From Alphaproteobacteria bacterium (GTDB taxonomy: Bacteria > Pseudomonadota > Alphaproteobacteria > Micropepsales > Micropepsaceae), in contig CANFDA010000001.1 of NCBI GenBank assembly GCA_947445215.1, positions 1-60,373 on the forward strand: DNA of 60,373 nucleotides, given 5' to 3'. Shown in pieces: positions 30,737-41,610 of this stretch. Within the stretch, counting starts at the first letter, position 1. Every line of letters starts with the position of its first letter. The position numbers and the translations under genes were made by a program. The notes under the pieces are model-generated. The model was not told the DNA's origin and did no database searches. It saw nothing but the letters and a program-made list of their open reading frames with translations.

Positions 30737-31345
30737 TCAGTCCAGACGATAGTTGAAGCTGATGCTCACGCGCCGTCCGCGGCCTTTGTTGGGCTGCACG
30801 CCATGGCGCAGCCAGCTTTCCCACAACAGCAGCAGGCCGGGTTTGGGCGGCACATCGACGAAGCTGCGATTCTCCAGCCGCGCGGTGGCTTTGCGTGGCG
30901 GCGCGGCCATCATCAAACCCAGGCGCGGATCCTCGAAGCGGATCGCGCCGCTGCCCGGTGGCACCGTGACGTAATAGCTGCCGCTGATCACGGCATGGGG
31001 ATGGATGTGCGGCGCGTGAACGGCATCCTTCTCCATCACGTTCACCCAGAGCGAATCCAACTTGAGCTTGCGGCGGCCAAGGTCGAATTGCGCCTTGGCG
31101 GCGAACAGCTTCACTTCGCGATCGCACCGCTTCACCAGGTCGGCAAAGACCGAGGCGCGCAGCGGCAGATCGTCCAGCGAGGCGTAGGAGGTGTAGCCCT
31201 TATAGCCATGTTCCTTGGCCCAGCGCTGGCCCGCCCGATCCTCCGCCGCGATCATCAGGCTGGCGGCTTCCAGTTCTGGATTGAGCCGTGTTCCCAGGTT
31301 GGAACGCAGCAGCGGGGTGGCGAAAAGCGGGTCAAAAGCGGCCAT
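30737..31345 (-). CDS. TIGR02466-family putative 2OG-Fe(II) oxygenase
   Basis: GYTSYASL, WVN, HAPHIHP..ISGSYY, FEDPR, WESWLRHGV, RVSISFN. Confidence 0.88.
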   Translation of the reverse strand: MAAFDPLFATPLLRSNLGTRLNPELEAASLMIAAEDRAGQRWAKEHGYKGYTSYASLDDLPLRASVFADLVKRCDREVKLFAAKAQFDLGRRKLKLDSLWVNVMEKDAVHAPHIHPHAVISGSYYVTVPPGSGAIRFEDPRLGLMMAAPPRKATARLENRSFVDVPPKPGLLLLWESWLRHGVQPNKGRGRRVSISFNYRLD

Positions 31346-31440
31346 TTCCGGGGATTTTCCGATTCGGGTCTGACACAGAAGTTAGTGGTTATTTGACCAT
31401 TTGCATGGGAAGATGTGCGTGCTTTCAAAAGTTCTTGCCC

Positions 31441-31620
31441 ATGCGCCTCACCGCTGCCGCCGTTATCGCCGCCGCCGCCTTCACCCTGTCGGGCTGCATC
31501 GCCTATGACGTCGCCTCCACCGCCGTGGGCGCGGCCACCACTGTGGTCAGCACCGGCGTCAGTGTCGCCGTTGGCGCCATCTGCACCGTCGCCTGCTCGT
31601 CGGACGACGACAAGAAGTAA
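31441..31620 (+). CDS. Small lipoprotein
   Basis: MRLTAAAVIAAAAFTLSGC lipobox; V/A/T/G-rich body. Confidence 0.75.
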   Translation: MRLTAAAVIAAAAFTLSGCIAYDVASTAVGAATTVVSTGVSVAVGAICTVACSSDDDKK

Positions 31621-32352
31621 TCAAAAAACATCTTTGCGTGAACGGATTTCAGCGAAGACGCTGACCGTGTCCGCATTCTCCATGCCCAGCGTCTTGCGAA
31701 TCTCGCGTGAATCCGCGCGCAGGAAGGGGTTGGTCGCCTTCTCCTCCGCTAATGTCGCGGGCACGCTGGGTGTCCGAAAATTCTTCATTCGGGCCTGAAG
31801 CGCCGCATTGCCAGGCTCCAGCGTGAGCGCGAAGCGGCCATTGCTGGCGGCATATTCATGGCCGCACCAGATCTTGGTCTCGTCCGGCAGCGCCTTCAGC
31901 TTGGCCAGGCTGGCCGCCATCATCGCGGCATCGCCTTCGAACAGGCGGCCGCAGCCCATCACGAACAGCGTGTCGCCAGTGAAGGCGTTGCCGTCGATCA
32001 CGAAGGTTATGGCGCCGCGCGTATGGGCCGGAACCTCCAGCACCTGCACCGCATGACCGGCGAAGTCCCAGCCGGTCTTTTCGCTGACGCCGATATGCAG
32101 CCCGGGAATGCGGTGGCGGTCATACTCCGCTCCCACTACCAGCGCGCCATAGCGTTCCTTAAGCGCCATATTGCCGCCGGTATGGTCGTTATGATGATGG
32201 GTGTTGAGGATATGGGTGAGTTTCAGGCCCTCGCGGTCCAAGGCCGCCACCACAGGGCCGGGTTCCGAAGGGTCCACCACGGCGCAGGAATCACCCGCCG
32301 CGATCAGATAGGCGTAATTGTCCTTCAGGCAGGGCACGGTAATAATGCGCAT
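31621..32352 (-). CDS. gloB: Hydroxyacylglutathione hydrolase
   Basis: DNYAYL, THHHNDHTGG, FTGDTLF..GCGRLFEG, GHEY, NPFLR. Confidence 0.95.
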   Translation of the reverse strand: MRIITVPCLKDNYAYLIAAGDSCAVVDPSEPGPVVAALDREGLKLTHILNTHHHNDHTGGNMALKERYGALVVGAEYDRHRIPGLHIGVSEKTGWDFAGHAVQVLEVPAHTRGAITFVIDGNAFTGDTLFVMGCGRLFEGDAAMMAASLAKLKALPDETKIWCGHEYAASNGRFALTLEPGNAALQARMKNFRTPSVPATLAEEKATNPFLRADSREIRKTLGMENADTVSVFAEIRSRKDVF

Positions 32353-32378
32353 GGCCGTATCCTAGCAGAGAAAATCCC

Positions 32379-33104
32379 GTGTTGGAGCGCCGCGTTCCTG
32401 AATCCGATACCCCCGGGATCGCCGATTTCTACGGCACCCGTGCCTGGCTGATCGCGCGGCGCATCATCCTCGCTCGGCTGAAGAAGATGTGGCCCGGCCT
32501 TTTTGGCTACCTGCTGTTGGGTTTTGGTTTCGCCACACCTTATCTCGCCGCCTTCGGGGCCGAGCGGGCCATCGCCGCCGGTCCCGCCGCCATCGGCGCC
32601 GGCACCCAGCTGGTCTGCGAGGAAGGCGCGCTGCCTTTCGCGGATTACCTATTCGACCGCGTGCTGCTGGTGCATGCCCTGGAGCATGCCGAAAGCCTGA
32701 GGCCGCTTCTGCGCCTACTCTGGCGGGTGCTGGCGCCGGAAGGACGGCTGCTGGTGGTGGCGCCCAATCGCGCCAGCCTGTGGGCGCAGATTGACCGCAC
32801 ACTCTTCGGCCAGGGCCATCCCTTCTCGCGCACCGAACTGGACCGCATCCTGCGCGAGGCTCTGTTCGAACGCGAACGCTGGGAACGCGCGCTCTATACG
32901 CCGCCGCTGGCGCCGCGCTTCCTCGCTCGCAACGGTCTGGGCTGTGAAAAGACGGGCGCGCTGCTCTTTCCCGCGCTGGGCGGGGTGCATCTGGTGGAGG
33001 CGAGCAAGTCGATCTATGCGATGACGCCGCTTCAGACGGAAAACACCGTCGCCACGCCTCTGCTGCAGCCAGATTTGTCTAGTTCTTCTTCAGCAAGAAG
33101 ATAG
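32379..33104 (+). CDS. Methyltransferase-11 domain protein (YafS-like)
   Basis: DFY, G.GFATPYL, LPF...FDRVLLVHALE, WRVLAPEGRL..PNR; divergent from gloB; start uncertain. Confidence 0.8.
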   Translation: MLERRVPESDTPGIADFYGTRAWLIARRIILARLKKMWPGLFGYLLLGFGFATPYLAAFGAERAIAAGPAAIGAGTQLVCEEGALPFADYLFDRVLLVHALEHAESLRPLLRLLWRVLAPEGRLLVVAPNRASLWAQIDRTLFGQGHPFSRTELDRILREALFERERWERALYTPPLAPRFLARNGLGCEKTGALLFPALGGVHLVEASKSIYAMTPLQTENTVATPLLQPDLSSSSSARR

Positions 33105-33699
33105 CGCCGGGCGCCCACAGATTGGGGCCGAGATAGCCACGATTGACGGCGTCCGGCTTCATGCGGCGCGTATTGCCGTTCACATCCAGCGCATGCGCTT
33201 CGACGATGGTGGCGCCGACTTTCTGCGTCAGGTCCACGAAATCTGCCAGGCTGCACAGATGGATATTGGGCGTGTCGTACCAGTTGTAATCAAGCGTGCG
33301 GGTGCGCGGCATTTTGCCGAAGGCTAGCAGCGAGGCGCGCACCTTCCAATAGCCGAAATTGGGCAGCGAGATCGCCACGCGGCGGCCGATGCGCAGCATG
33401 TCGGTCAGCACCTTGGCGGGCTTTTCCGTCGCCTGAATGGTCTGGGACAGGATCACCGCGTCGAAGACGCCGCCGGGATATTCCGCCAGGTCGGTATCGG
33501 CGTCGCCCTGCACCACCGACAGGCCGCGCGCCACACAGGCATTGACGTTCTGCTGCGAGATCTCGATGCCGCGCCCGTCCACGCCCTTGGCGCGCACGAG
33601 GTGATCCAGCAATTCGCCGTCGCCGCAGCCGACATCCAGCACCCGCGTGCCGGGGCGGATCATGTCGGCGATGGCGGCCAGTTCGGGGCGCAGGCTCAT
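33079..33699 (-). CDS. metW: Methionine biosynthesis protein MetW
   Basis: [31 protein letters not shown]. Confidence 0.94.
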   Translation of the reverse strand: MSLRPELAAIADMIRPGTRVLDVGCGDGELLDHLVRAKGVDGRGIEISQQNVNACVARGLSVVQGDADTDLAEYPGGVFDAVILSQTIQATEKPAKVLTDMLRIGRRVAISLPNFGYWKVRASLLAFGKMPRTRTLDYNWYDTPNIHLCSLADFVDLTQKVGATIVEAHALDVNGNTRRMKPDAVNRGYLGPNLWAPGAIFLLKKN

Positions 33700-34859
33700 G
33701 TGATGACGACCTCGCGCGCCACTGAATCAATGAAGCCGTCCACGGCGGCGTACATCTCCGGCTCGTCCAGCAGGAAGGCGTCATGGCCCTTGTCGCTGTC
33801 GATCACCACGAAGGAGACGTTACCCGCTACGGCATTCAGCGCATGCGCCACATGCTTGTTCTCGGCGGGCGGGAACAGCCAGTCGCTGGTGAAGGCGATG
33901 ATGCAGAAGCGGGTGGGCGAATTGCGGAACACGTCCGCCAGCTTGCCTCCATGTTCCTCGGCCATGTCGAAATAATCCATGGCGCGGGTGATATAGAGAT
34001 AGGAGTTGGCGTCGAAGCGGTCGACAAAGGCCGCGCCCTGATAGTGCAGATAGCTTTCGATCTGGAAGTCTGGCGTGAACTGGAAAGACAGGCTGGAGCG
34101 GTTCTGCAGGTTACGGCCGAACTTGCGCTGCAGCGCCGCCTCCGACAGGTAGGTGATATGTGCCGCCATGCGCGCCACGGCCAGGCCCTTTGATGGGAAG
34201 GTGCCGGCAATTGCGTATTCGCCATTCTTCCATTCCGGATCGGCCATGATCGCCTGGCGTCCGACTTCGTGAAGGGCGATGTTCTGGGCCGAATGGCGCG
34301 CGGCACAGGCGATGGGAATGCAGGCGCGCACGCTCTCGGGATAGCTTGCGGCCCATTGCAGAACCTGCATGCCGCCCATGGAGCCGCCGACCACGGCGAA
34401 GAGCTTTTCGATGCTCAGCGCGTCCACCAGCATCTTCTGCGCCCGCACCATGTCGCGGATGGTGATGAGCGGGAACGTCAGCCCGAAGGGCTTGCCGGTG
34501 GCGGGATCGATGTCGGCCGGTCCGGTCGAGCCCATGCAGCCGCCTATGACGTTGGTGCAGATCACGAAGAAACGGTCGGTGTCGATCGGCTTGCCGGGGC
34601 CGACCAGCGATATCCACCAGCCAGGCTTGCCGGTGATGGGGTTCGCCGAAGCGACGAACTGATCGCCGGTCAGGGCATGGCAGATCAGTATTGCGTTGCT
34701 CTTCTTGGCATTGAGCGTGCCATGGGTGATATAGGCGACGGTGACGGGCGACAGGCTGCGGCCGCAATCCAGCGGTAGCGGCTCGGCGAAGGTGATCGCC
34801 TGGCCCTTGTCAGCTTCATGCGCCGTGACCGAGCGCGTAAAACGCGGCTGTTCCACCAT
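33696..34859 (-). CDS. metX: Homoserine O-acyltransferase
   Basis: [37 protein letters not shown]. Confidence 0.95.
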   Translation of the reverse strand: MVEQPRFTRSVTAHEADKGQAITFAEPLPLDCGRSLSPVTVAYITHGTLNAKKSNAILICHALTGDQFVASANPITGKPGWWISLVGPGKPIDTDRFFVICTNVIGGCMGSTGPADIDPATGKPFGLTFPLITIRDMVRAQKMLVDALSIEKLFAVVGGSMGGMQVLQWAASYPESVRACIPIACAARHSAQNIALHEVGRQAIMADPEWKNGEYAIAGTFPSKGLAVARMAAHITYLSEAALQRKFGRNLQNRSSLSFQFTPDFQIESYLHYQGAAFVDRFDANSYLYITRAMDYFDMAEEHGGKLADVFRNSPTRFCIIAFTSDWLFPPAENKHVAHALNAVAGNVSFVVIDSDKGHDAFLLDEPEMYAAVDGFIDSVAREVVIT

Positions 34860-34869
34860 GGTGGATGCT

Positions 34870-34897
34870 AGCTTAGACCCCCTTGCCCCCCTGTCAA
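34870..34897 (-). promoter_or_regulatory. Sigma70-type promoter giving a near-leaderless metX mRNA
   Basis: TTGACA-N16-TAAGCT ending 10 nt before the ATG; no RBS. Confidence 0.55.
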
Positions 34898-34973
34898 CGA
34901 AGAGCAGCCCTGCTTTGCTTTTGAAGGGGGCTGCCATTATCAATAACGACCTTTTGCGACCTGTGACGAGCCT

Positions 34974-36077
34974 ATGACTCAGCCCACGCCCAAGCCCGGC
35001 ATTCTGGACATCGAACTCTATGTCGGTGGCCGCTCCGCCGTGCCGGGCGTCGAGAAAGTCTACAAGCTCTCCTCCAACGAAAGCCCGCTGGGCCCGTCAC
35101 CGGCTGCGGTGGCGGCGCTGACAGCCGCCGCGCAGAACCTTCAGCTTTATCCGGACGGCTCTTCGCTGCTGTTGCGAGAGGCCATCGCCAAGACCTATGG
35201 CCTTGATGCCGCCCGCATCGTGGCGGGGGGCGAAGGTTCGGGTCCGCTGCTCACCCTGATCGCCAACGCCTATCTCCAGCCGGGCGACGAGGTAATCTTA
35301 AGCCGCCACGCCTTTCTGATCTACGAAATCGCCACCCGCGCCAACAGCGCCCGGCCGGTGATCGTGGAAGAGAAGACCACCAACAGCGGCATCCGGATCG
35401 ATGTCGATGCCATGCTGACGGCGGTGACGGCGCAGACCAAGCTGGTCTATATCGCCAATCCCAACAATCCCACCGGCTCGTATCTGACGCGCGACGAGAT
35501 GCGGAAGCTGCATGCCGGGCTGCCGCCACATGTGCTGCTGGTGATCGACGCCGCTTATGGCGAGTTCGTCGATGCCGCCGATTACGATATCGGGCTGGAA
35601 CTGGCGCAGCAGCACGGCAATGTCGTGATGACCCGCACCTTCTCCAAGATTCACGGCCTGGCGGCGTTGCGTCTGGGCTGGGCCTATGTTCCGCATGCGG
35701 TGTCGGATGTGCTGAACCGTATCCGTGGGCCATTTTCCACCTCGCCGTTGCAGCAGCAGGCGGGCGCGGCGGCCATCGCGGACACCGCACATGTGGCGAA
35801 GGCAGCGGCGCACAATGCGAAGTGGCGCACATGGCTGACCGACGAGATCCGCGCGGTGGGCCTGCGCGTCGATGGCAGCGCCGCCAATTTCGTGCTGATC
35901 CATTTCGCGCCGGGTCCGAAAGACGCCAAGGCGGCGGATGCTTTTCTGTTGGCGCGCGGAATTATTCTGCGTGGCGTCGGCGCTTATGGCCTGCCGGATT
36001 GCCTGCGCCTGACTGTGGGCACCGAAGAGGCCAACCGCCTGGCGGCGGCGGCGCTGCGCGACTTTATGCAGTCCTAA
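34974..36077 (+). CDS. hisC: Histidinol-phosphate aminotransferase
   Basis: [41 protein letters not shown]. Confidence 0.93.
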   Translation: MTQPTPKPGILDIELYVGGRSAVPGVEKVYKLSSNESPLGPSPAAVAALTAAAQNLQLYPDGSSLLLREAIAKTYGLDAARIVAGGEGSGPLLTLIANAYLQPGDEVILSRHAFLIYEIATRANSARPVIVEEKTTNSGIRIDVDAMLTAVTAQTKLVYIANPNNPTGSYLTRDEMRKLHAGLPPHVLLVIDAAYGEFVDAADYDIGLELAQQHGNVVMTRTFSKIHGLAALRLGWAYVPHAVSDVLNRIRGPFSTSPLQQQAGAAAIADTAHVAKAAAHNAKWRTWLTDEIRAVGLRVDGSAANFVLIHFAPGPKDAKAADAFLLARGIILRGVGAYGLPDCLRLTVGTEEANRLAAAALRDFMQS

Positions 36078-36871
36078 TACAGCGCTTCCATCAGGCTGAC
36101 GATGGCGCCGCCCTGTTCCGGGCGCATGGCATTTTCCTGCCCGTTCAGTTCGGAGCGCGTGACGTTGGCCGCGCCGCCGCCGTCATGCCAGGCCTTGTGC
36201 GCGTCGGCGATGGCGGTTTCGCCCCGCAGCACAGCGGCATAGGGCTTGGCTCGCACCAGCGTGTTGTAGACCCGCAATTGCTTGACCTGTTTTTCAAACA
36301 TCAGGCCGATATCACCCTTGGCGCCTTCGGCAGCGGCCACCATGTCGATGGTGTCGTTCTCGCCCCGGCGTAGATGGAACTGAACCCGCGCAGCGGTGAA
36401 GGCGGGCGCGACAAGCTGCGCGATATCGACATCAAAGCGCGACAGGCCAGCGTCGTCGAGCATCGCGCTGGCATGCAGCGTGCCGGGCTGGAAGCTGACA
36501 TTGCGCGGACGGCTCGCCGCGTCGGTCCAGGCCAGCGTCTGACGTCCTGCCGCTTCGAACACGATGCGATTGGCCATGTACGTCAGGCGGTGCAGGGCGA
36601 CGTTCGGACTCTGCCAGCGAAAGGCGCCATGCGGACCCTGGCCGCTGGCGATGAAATCGGTGAACACGGCATCGACGCGGAAGGGAAAGCCCGCTATCCC
36701 GACCTTCGACCAGTCCAGCGTCACGCCCGGCACAGCCTCGCGGCCCTTGATCGCCGCCAGCTTGCCTTCAAAGGCGCTGGTGGCATGCCACCAGAACAGG
36801 GTGACGCCCAGCGCCAGGGCCAGGAACAGTGCGATGGGCGCGTAGAGGAAGAAGCGGCTTGAGTAGTTCAT
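36074..36871 (-). CDS. DUF2125-like membrane-anchored protein
   Basis: N-terminal TM (LYAP...WW), GFPFR motif; usual position near hisC. Confidence 0.7.
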   Translation of the reverse strand: MNYSSRFFLYAPIALFLALALGVTLFWWHATSAFEGKLAAIKGREAVPGVTLDWSKVGIAGFPFRVDAVFTDFIASGQGPHGAFRWQSPNVALHRLTYMANRIVFEAAGRQTLAWTDAASRPRNVSFQPGTLHASAMLDDAGLSRFDVDIAQLVAPAFTAARVQFHLRRGENDTIDMVAAAEGAKGDIGLMFEKQVKQLRVYNTLVRAKPYAAVLRGETAIADAHKAWHDGGGAANVTRSELNGQENAMRPEQGGAIVSLMEALY

Positions 36872-36873
36872 GA

Positions 36874-36927
36874 GGAGTGCCGGCCAGGAAAAGTGTGCAG
36901 CGGTTTTCCGTTGGCCGCGCGACCAAC
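36874..36927 (+). repeat. Family C repeat copy
   Basis: CCAGGAAAAGTGTGCAGCGGTTTTCCG..CGCGACCAA. Confidence 0.75.
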
Positions 36928-36934
36928 ATGAAGT

Positions 36935-39286
36935 CTATTTACACTTCGAGTGGTCGTAGGACAAACAGGAATCGCAGCCTTCCAGCGCGATGAGTGTCGC
37001 GTCGCCGCAGCGCGGGCAGAAGCGGGCGCGCGCACCTTCTTGCGGCAGGCTGTGCGCGAGCGGCTGGATACCGGACAAGCTGCGGTTGCGCTGGCCCATG
37101 AAACCGATCTCGATCATGTGCCACTCGATCACCTCGCCAATTGCCGCCAGCAGCGAGGGAATGTAGCGCCCGCCCATCAACTGGCCGCCTCGCGGGTCGA
37201 AAATCGACTTCAGCTCCTCGACCACGAAGGAAACATCGCCACCGCGCTGGAACACGGCCGAAATCATCCGCGTCAGCGCCGGGGCCCAGGCATAGGCCTC
37301 CATGTTCTTGGAATTGATGATGACCTCGAAGGGCCGCCGCCGCCCATCGCGCTCGATGCCGTTGATGGTGATGTAGAAGGCGTGGTCGCTCTCGCCCCAT
37401 TTGATCTTGTAGGTGCGACCGATCAGTTCCTCCGGCCGGTCCAGCGGCCGCGCCATGTAGACGACGCTGTTGCGCGGTGCGAGCTCGAGCAGCGGCAGTT
37501 CTGGCTCGCCCGCCTTTTCCTTGGCGTCGCGCGCGATCACCGTTTCGGCGGAGATGGCGTCCTTGGGTTCTTCAAAGTACAGCACCGCGCCGGTGACGTC
37601 GTTGGGCCGGTAGGTGGTGCAGCCCTTGCAGCCCTGGTCGTAAGCCGACATGTAGACTTCCGCGAAATCTTCAAAGCCGATGCCGCGCCGCACGTTGATG
37701 GTCTTGGAGATGGCGCTGTCGATGAAGGGCTGCGCCGCCGCCTGCACCGCCAGGTGATCGGCGGGGCTGATGGTCTGGGCGTTGACGAAATATTCGGGCA
37801 GGGCAGCGGCTTCGCCGAACTTAGCGCGGAAAGCGCGCGCGGCATAATCCTCGACCTTCTCCTCCGTGCGCCTGCCATCGGATTGCAACACCTTGCGGGT
37901 GTAATCGAAGGCGAAGACCGGCTCGACGCCGCTAGAGACATTGTCGGCGAAGAGTGAGATCGTGCCGGTGGGCGCGATCGAAGTCAGCAGCGCGTTGCGG
38001 ATGCCATGGGCCGCGACGGCGTTGAAAATGTCGGGGGGCAGCGCCTGGATATGCGGCCGCGCCAGATAGGCATTCGCGTCATAAAGCGGGAAGGCGCCTT
38101 TTTCCTTCGCCAGCAGGGCGCTGGCGCGATAAGCGGCATTGGACAGCGTCGCCAGCCAGGTCTTGATCAGGATCAGGCTGTCCAGCGAGCCATACTTCAC
38201 TTTGCAGAAGATCAGCGCGTCGGCCAGGCCGGTGACGCCCAGACCAATGCGGCGCTTGGCAGCGGCCTCGCGTGCCTGCGCTTCCAGCGGAAAGCGGGAG
38301 ACGTCGATGGCATTGTCCAGTATGCATACGGCGGTAGCGGTGAGCTTCTCCAGTTCTTCCAGATCGAGATGGGCGCCGTCCTCGAACGGGTTCTTCACCA
38401 GCTTGGCCAGGTTGATCGAGCCCAGCAGGCAGGCGCCATAGGGCGGCAAAGGCTGCTCGCCGCAGGGATTGGTAGCGGCGATGGTCTCGGCGTAATTCAG
38501 ATTGTTGAGCGCATTGATGCGGTCGATGAAGATGACGCCGGGTTCGGCATAGTCGTAGGTCGAGCGCATGATGCGCGCCCACAGGTCCCGCGCCTTCACG
38601 GTGCGGGCGATCTTGCCACCGAACTGCAAGTGCCACTCGCCATCCGCCTTCACCGCCGCCATGAAGGCGTCGCTCATCAGCACCGACAGGTTGAAATTGG
38701 AAAGGCGGCCCGGCGTGCGCTTGGCGTCAATGAAATCCTCGATGTCAGGATGATCGACCCGCAGCGTCGCCATCATCGCGCCGCGGCGCGAACCGGCGCT
38801 CATGATGGTGCGGCACATCGAATCCCACACTTCCATGAAGGAGACGGGACCGGAGGCATCCGCGCCGACGCCCTTCACCCCGGCGCCTTTGGGCCTGAGC
38901 GTGGAGAAGTCGTAGCCAATGCCGCCGCCCTGCTGCAGCGTAAGCGCCGCTTCACGCAGGGCGGAAAAGATGCCGTCCATCGAATCCTCGATGGTGCCCA
39001 TGACGAAGCAGTTGAACAGCGTCACGCTGCGACCGGTGCCGGCCCCGGCCAGGATGCGCCCGGCAGGCAGGAATTTGTGCCCGGCCAGGGCGGCGCCGAA
39101 TTCCTGCGCCTGCGCATTCCGCGCTTCCGGCTTTTCGGCCTGCGCCAGAGCCAGCGCCACGCGGGCCCAGCTGGCGGCGGCGTCGTCATCCACAGGTGTG
39201 CCGCGCGCCTGCTTGAAGCGGTATTTCATATCCCAGATCTGGCGGGAAATAGGGGTCATAGAGGTGCCCATCACAAAGGCGGTCAT
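36935..39286 (-). CDS. nrdJ: Class II (B12-dependent) ribonucleotide reductase
   Basis: [48 protein letters not shown]; C-terminal TSCPD and Zn-ribbon; start may be 39259. Confidence 0.95.
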   Translation of the reverse strand: MTAFVMGTSMTPISRQIWDMKYRFKQARGTPVDDDAAASWARVALALAQAEKPEARNAQAQEFGAALAGHKFLPAGRILAGAGTGRSVTLFNCFVMGTIEDSMDGIFSALREAALTLQQGGGIGYDFSTLRPKGAGVKGVGADASGPVSFMEVWDSMCRTIMSAGSRRGAMMATLRVDHPDIEDFIDAKRTPGRLSNFNLSVLMSDAFMAAVKADGEWHLQFGGKIARTVKARDLWARIMRSTYDYAEPGVIFIDRINALNNLNYAETIAATNPCGEQPLPPYGACLLGSINLAKLVKNPFEDGAHLDLEELEKLTATAVCILDNAIDVSRFPLEAQAREAAAKRRIGLGVTGLADALIFCKVKYGSLDSLILIKTWLATLSNAAYRASALLAKEKGAFPLYDANAYLARPHIQALPPDIFNAVAAHGIRNALLTSIAPTGTISLFADNVSSGVEPVFAFDYTRKVLQSDGRRTEEKVEDYAARAFRAKFGEAAALPEYFVNAQTISPADHLAVQAAAQPFIDSAISKTINVRRGIGFEDFAEVYMSAYDQGCKGCTTYRPNDVTGAVLYFEEPKDAISAETVIARDAKEKAGEPELPLLELAPRNSVVYMARPLDRPEELIGRTYKIKWGESDHAFYITINGIERDGRRRPFEVIINSKNMEAYAWAPALTRMISAVFQRGGDVSFVVEELKSIFDPRGGQLMGGRYIPSLLAAIGEVIEWHMIEIGFMGQRNRSLSGIQPLAHSLPQEGARARFCPRCGDATLIALEGCDSCLSYDHSKCK

Positions 39287-39306
39287 GGTTCCACAACCGG
39301 CCATAT

Positions 39307-39321
39307 GTTCCGTTAACGTTC
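39307..39321. promoter_or_regulatory. Alphaproteobacterial LexA (SOS) box upstream of nrdJ
   Basis: GTTC-CGTTAAC-GTTC (GTTC-N7-GTTC). Confidence 0.65.
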
Positions 39322-39330
39322 CAGCAGGCC

Positions 39331-39388
39331 TTTTGTATAGTCGCATGGCCTGCGGAAAACCGCTTCGCACTTTTCCGGGCCGATGCTC
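39331..39388 (-). repeat. Family C repeat copy
   Basis: Reverse complement GAGCATCGGCCCGGAAAAGTGCGAAGCGGTTTTCCG. Confidence 0.78.
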
Positions 39389-40081
39389 CTAGGCCAAAAG
39401 CGCCCGGGTGGCCGTCTCGATCCGCTCTTCCAAGATGGGCATGAATTGCGCCCGTTTCAGGCCTGGCGGGATGGGTTCCAGGAAGGCCAGGGTGATGGTG
39501 CCGGGATGCTTCCAGAAACCCCGCCAATGGGCCCCCGAATTGTGGGCCACGGGCACGCAGGCCACGCCCAGCTGGCCATAAAGCCCCGCCACGCCCGGCT
39601 TGTAGGCGGGCGGCGCGCCGGGCTTCTGCCGGGTGCCTTCGGGAAAGATCACCACCGGGCGGTTTTCGGACAGCACATCCTGCGCTGCCTTGGTCATGGA
39701 TCGCAGGGCCGAGGCCCCGGCGGCGCGATCGATCGGGATGGCGGTGGTCTTGCCGACAAACCAGCCGAAGAACGGGATCAGCAGCAGCGAGCGCTTCAGC
39801 ACGATGCCGGGATCGACCAGTACGACATAGATCGCCAGCGTGTCCCAGGTGCTCATGTGTTTCGACGCCACCAGGAACGGACCTTTCGGCACAGCGCCCG
39901 TGATACGCATGTCGATGCGTGCAAAGACCTTCAGGCCCCACAGCGCTGTGCGCGCCCAGAAGGCCGAGAAGCACACCGCCAGCCAGCGCGGCCCCAGCAG
40001 CAGCGGCAGTGCCAGCACCCCCATGACGAGCGTGATGGCGGCAAACCAGATGGTGAAAAGAGCCGAGCGCAGGAAGAGCAT
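39389..40081 (-). CDS. Lysophospholipid acyltransferase (PlsC-like)
   Basis: SKHMSTWD (HX4D), IDR, IFPEGTR; TGATG-coupled start. Confidence 0.9.
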   Translation of the reverse strand: MLFLRSALFTIWFAAITLVMGVLALPLLLGPRWLAVCFSAFWARTALWGLKVFARIDMRITGAVPKGPFLVASKHMSTWDTLAIYVVLVDPGIVLKRSLLLIPFFGWFVGKTTAIPIDRAAGASALRSMTKAAQDVLSENRPVVIFPEGTRQKPGAPPAYKPGVAGLYGQLGVACVPVAHNSGAHWRGFWKHPGTITLAFLEPIPPGLKRAQFMPILEERIETATRALLA

Positions 40082-40644
40082 CAGCTGATCGCGGTCATCG
40101 CCATGGCGCCGAGATACTTGATGTATTCGCGTTGCAGCAGCAAGGCAGTATCGCGGTGAAGCCACCAGCTGGCCATGTCGACGCTGCCATTCTCCACCGG
40201 ATAGGCCGTGACGGTCATCTCCGGCATCACATCGGAAAACTCGCGCAGGGCGCGCGGCATGTGATAGCGCGCCGTGACGATGATCAGGCTGCGGAAGCGG
40301 TGTTGCCGCGCCCAGTCGGCGGCTTCCTCGGCATTGCCATGGGTGTCATACGCTGCATAGCCGACATCGGCGCAACAGGCGAAGCGGGCAGCGCCGCCGG
40401 CCATGCGGCCCAGCGTTTCCTTTTCCGTTTCCATACCCACGCCGCTGATCAGCAGGCGCTGGCCCGCGCCTTTTTCCAGCAGCGCCACGGCGGCGTCGAG
40501 CCGCGCATCGCCGCCGGTCAGCGCCACGATGGCGTCGGCATGTGGTGGCGCAGCTGGCACGGCGGGCATCCGAGCCAGGAAAATCAGGAAGCCTGCCAGA
40601 TAGACGAGGAGGACTCCGAATATGACGCCGAAGAAAATGCGCAT
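40081..40644 (-). CDS. YdcF/DUF218 family protein
   Basis: AIVALTGG..R, LLISG, T.GNA.E, VTARYHMPRA, EYIK. Confidence 0.9.
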   Translation of the reverse strand: MRIFFGVIFGVLLVYLAGFLIFLARMPAVPAAPPHADAIVALTGGDARLDAAVALLEKGAGQRLLISGVGMETEKETLGRMAGGAARFACCADVGYAAYDTHGNAEEAADWARQHRFRSLIIVTARYHMPRALREFSDVMPEMTVTAYPVENGSVDMASWWLHRDTALLLQREYIKYLGAMAMTAIS

Positions 40645-40692
40645 GGCACAGGATAGCAGCCGGGCTCCGCTATGCTCAAGCGCAGTGGAAAG

Positions 40693-41610
40693 CTAGTAAA
40701 TCGCCCGCACCACCGAAAGCACCGACAGGCGCGCCGTGGCCCAGGCAATGGCCGCGATCACGGCGGGCACTGCGGCCAGCCATGCCAGTTCCGCCAGGCC
40801 CAGCGCCAGCGGCGGCAGGAACGGCACTGCTTCGACGCCGAAGATATCGAGACTACCCAGCCCGGCGAACAGTAGCGCCGCGGCGGCGCTACCCCCCAGC
40901 GACGCCAGCAGCGCGGAAATGAAATAGTGCCATTCGATGCTGCGCGCGATGAAGCCTGCCTTCGCGCCCATCTGGTGCAGCAGCGCCACCATCTCGTGAT
41001 GCGCGTCCAGGCCAGCGCGTGTCGCCAGCATGACCACCGCGGCCGTTGCGCCCGCGATCAAAAGCAAAATGCCATAGGCCGCACAGCGCACCGTGCCCGC
41101 CAATCCCGCCAGCCTTGTCAGCCAGCGGCTGTGATCATCCACCACCGCATGCGGCGCCGCGAGCTTCAGCCGCTCCTGCAATGCGGGCATATCCATGCTG
41201 GCGCCCGGCGCCACGGTGGCGTCGATCAGGCGGGGCAGGGGAATACCCGCCACGACGCCGGAATTGCCGATCCAGGGCTCCACCAGCGCCGCGATCTCGC
41301 CATCGGAGAGAACGCGCACCTGCGCGATGCCTTGTGTCGCCTGTAGCACCGCCAGCGCGGCGCGCACTTCGGCATCCAGGCCCGCCTGCACATCGCCGCT
41401 GTCCGGCGGCGGCACCTGGATGGTGAGTCGGTCCGACAGGCCCGCGCTCCAGCCTTCGGCAGCGCGGGCCGCGATCATCGAAGAGCCCAGCGCCAATGCC
41501 GCCAGCAGCGCCATCACCGCGATGACGAAATCCAGCGGCGCCGCACCCTTGTCGCGCGGCATTATGTGGCTGGCGGCGATGTTGGAGAACTTCTGGCCGC
41601 GCTCGCTCAT
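40693..41610 (-). CDS. ftsX: Cell division permease FtsX
   Basis: TM, PRLID, DDH..W, LH.MGA..FIA; follows ftsE. Confidence 0.88.
   Translation of the reverse strand: MSERGQKFSNIAASHIMPRDKGAAPLDFVIAVMALLAALALGSSMIAARAAEGWSAGLSDRLTIQVPPPDSGDVQAGLDAEVRAALAVLQATQGIAQVRVLSDGEIAALVEPWIGNSGVVAGIPLPRLIDATVAPGASMDMPALQERLKLAAPHAVVDDHSRWLTRLAGLAGTVRCAAYGILLLIAGATAAVVMLATRAGLDAHHEMVALLHQMGAKAGFIARSIEWHYFISALLASLGGSAAAALLFAGLGSLDIFGVEAVPFLPPLALGLAELAWLAAVPAVIAAIAWATARLSVLSVVRAIY

Noticed and set aside
34860-34973. SAM riboswitch upstream of metX
   Set aside because: No SAM-II-like motif seen, and the predicted promoter ends 10 nt from the ATG.
39287-39388. Cobalamin riboswitch for nrdJ, and the longer ORF start at 39370
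   Set aside because: The region is short and explained by a LexA-type box and a family C repeat; the extension reads through that repeat.
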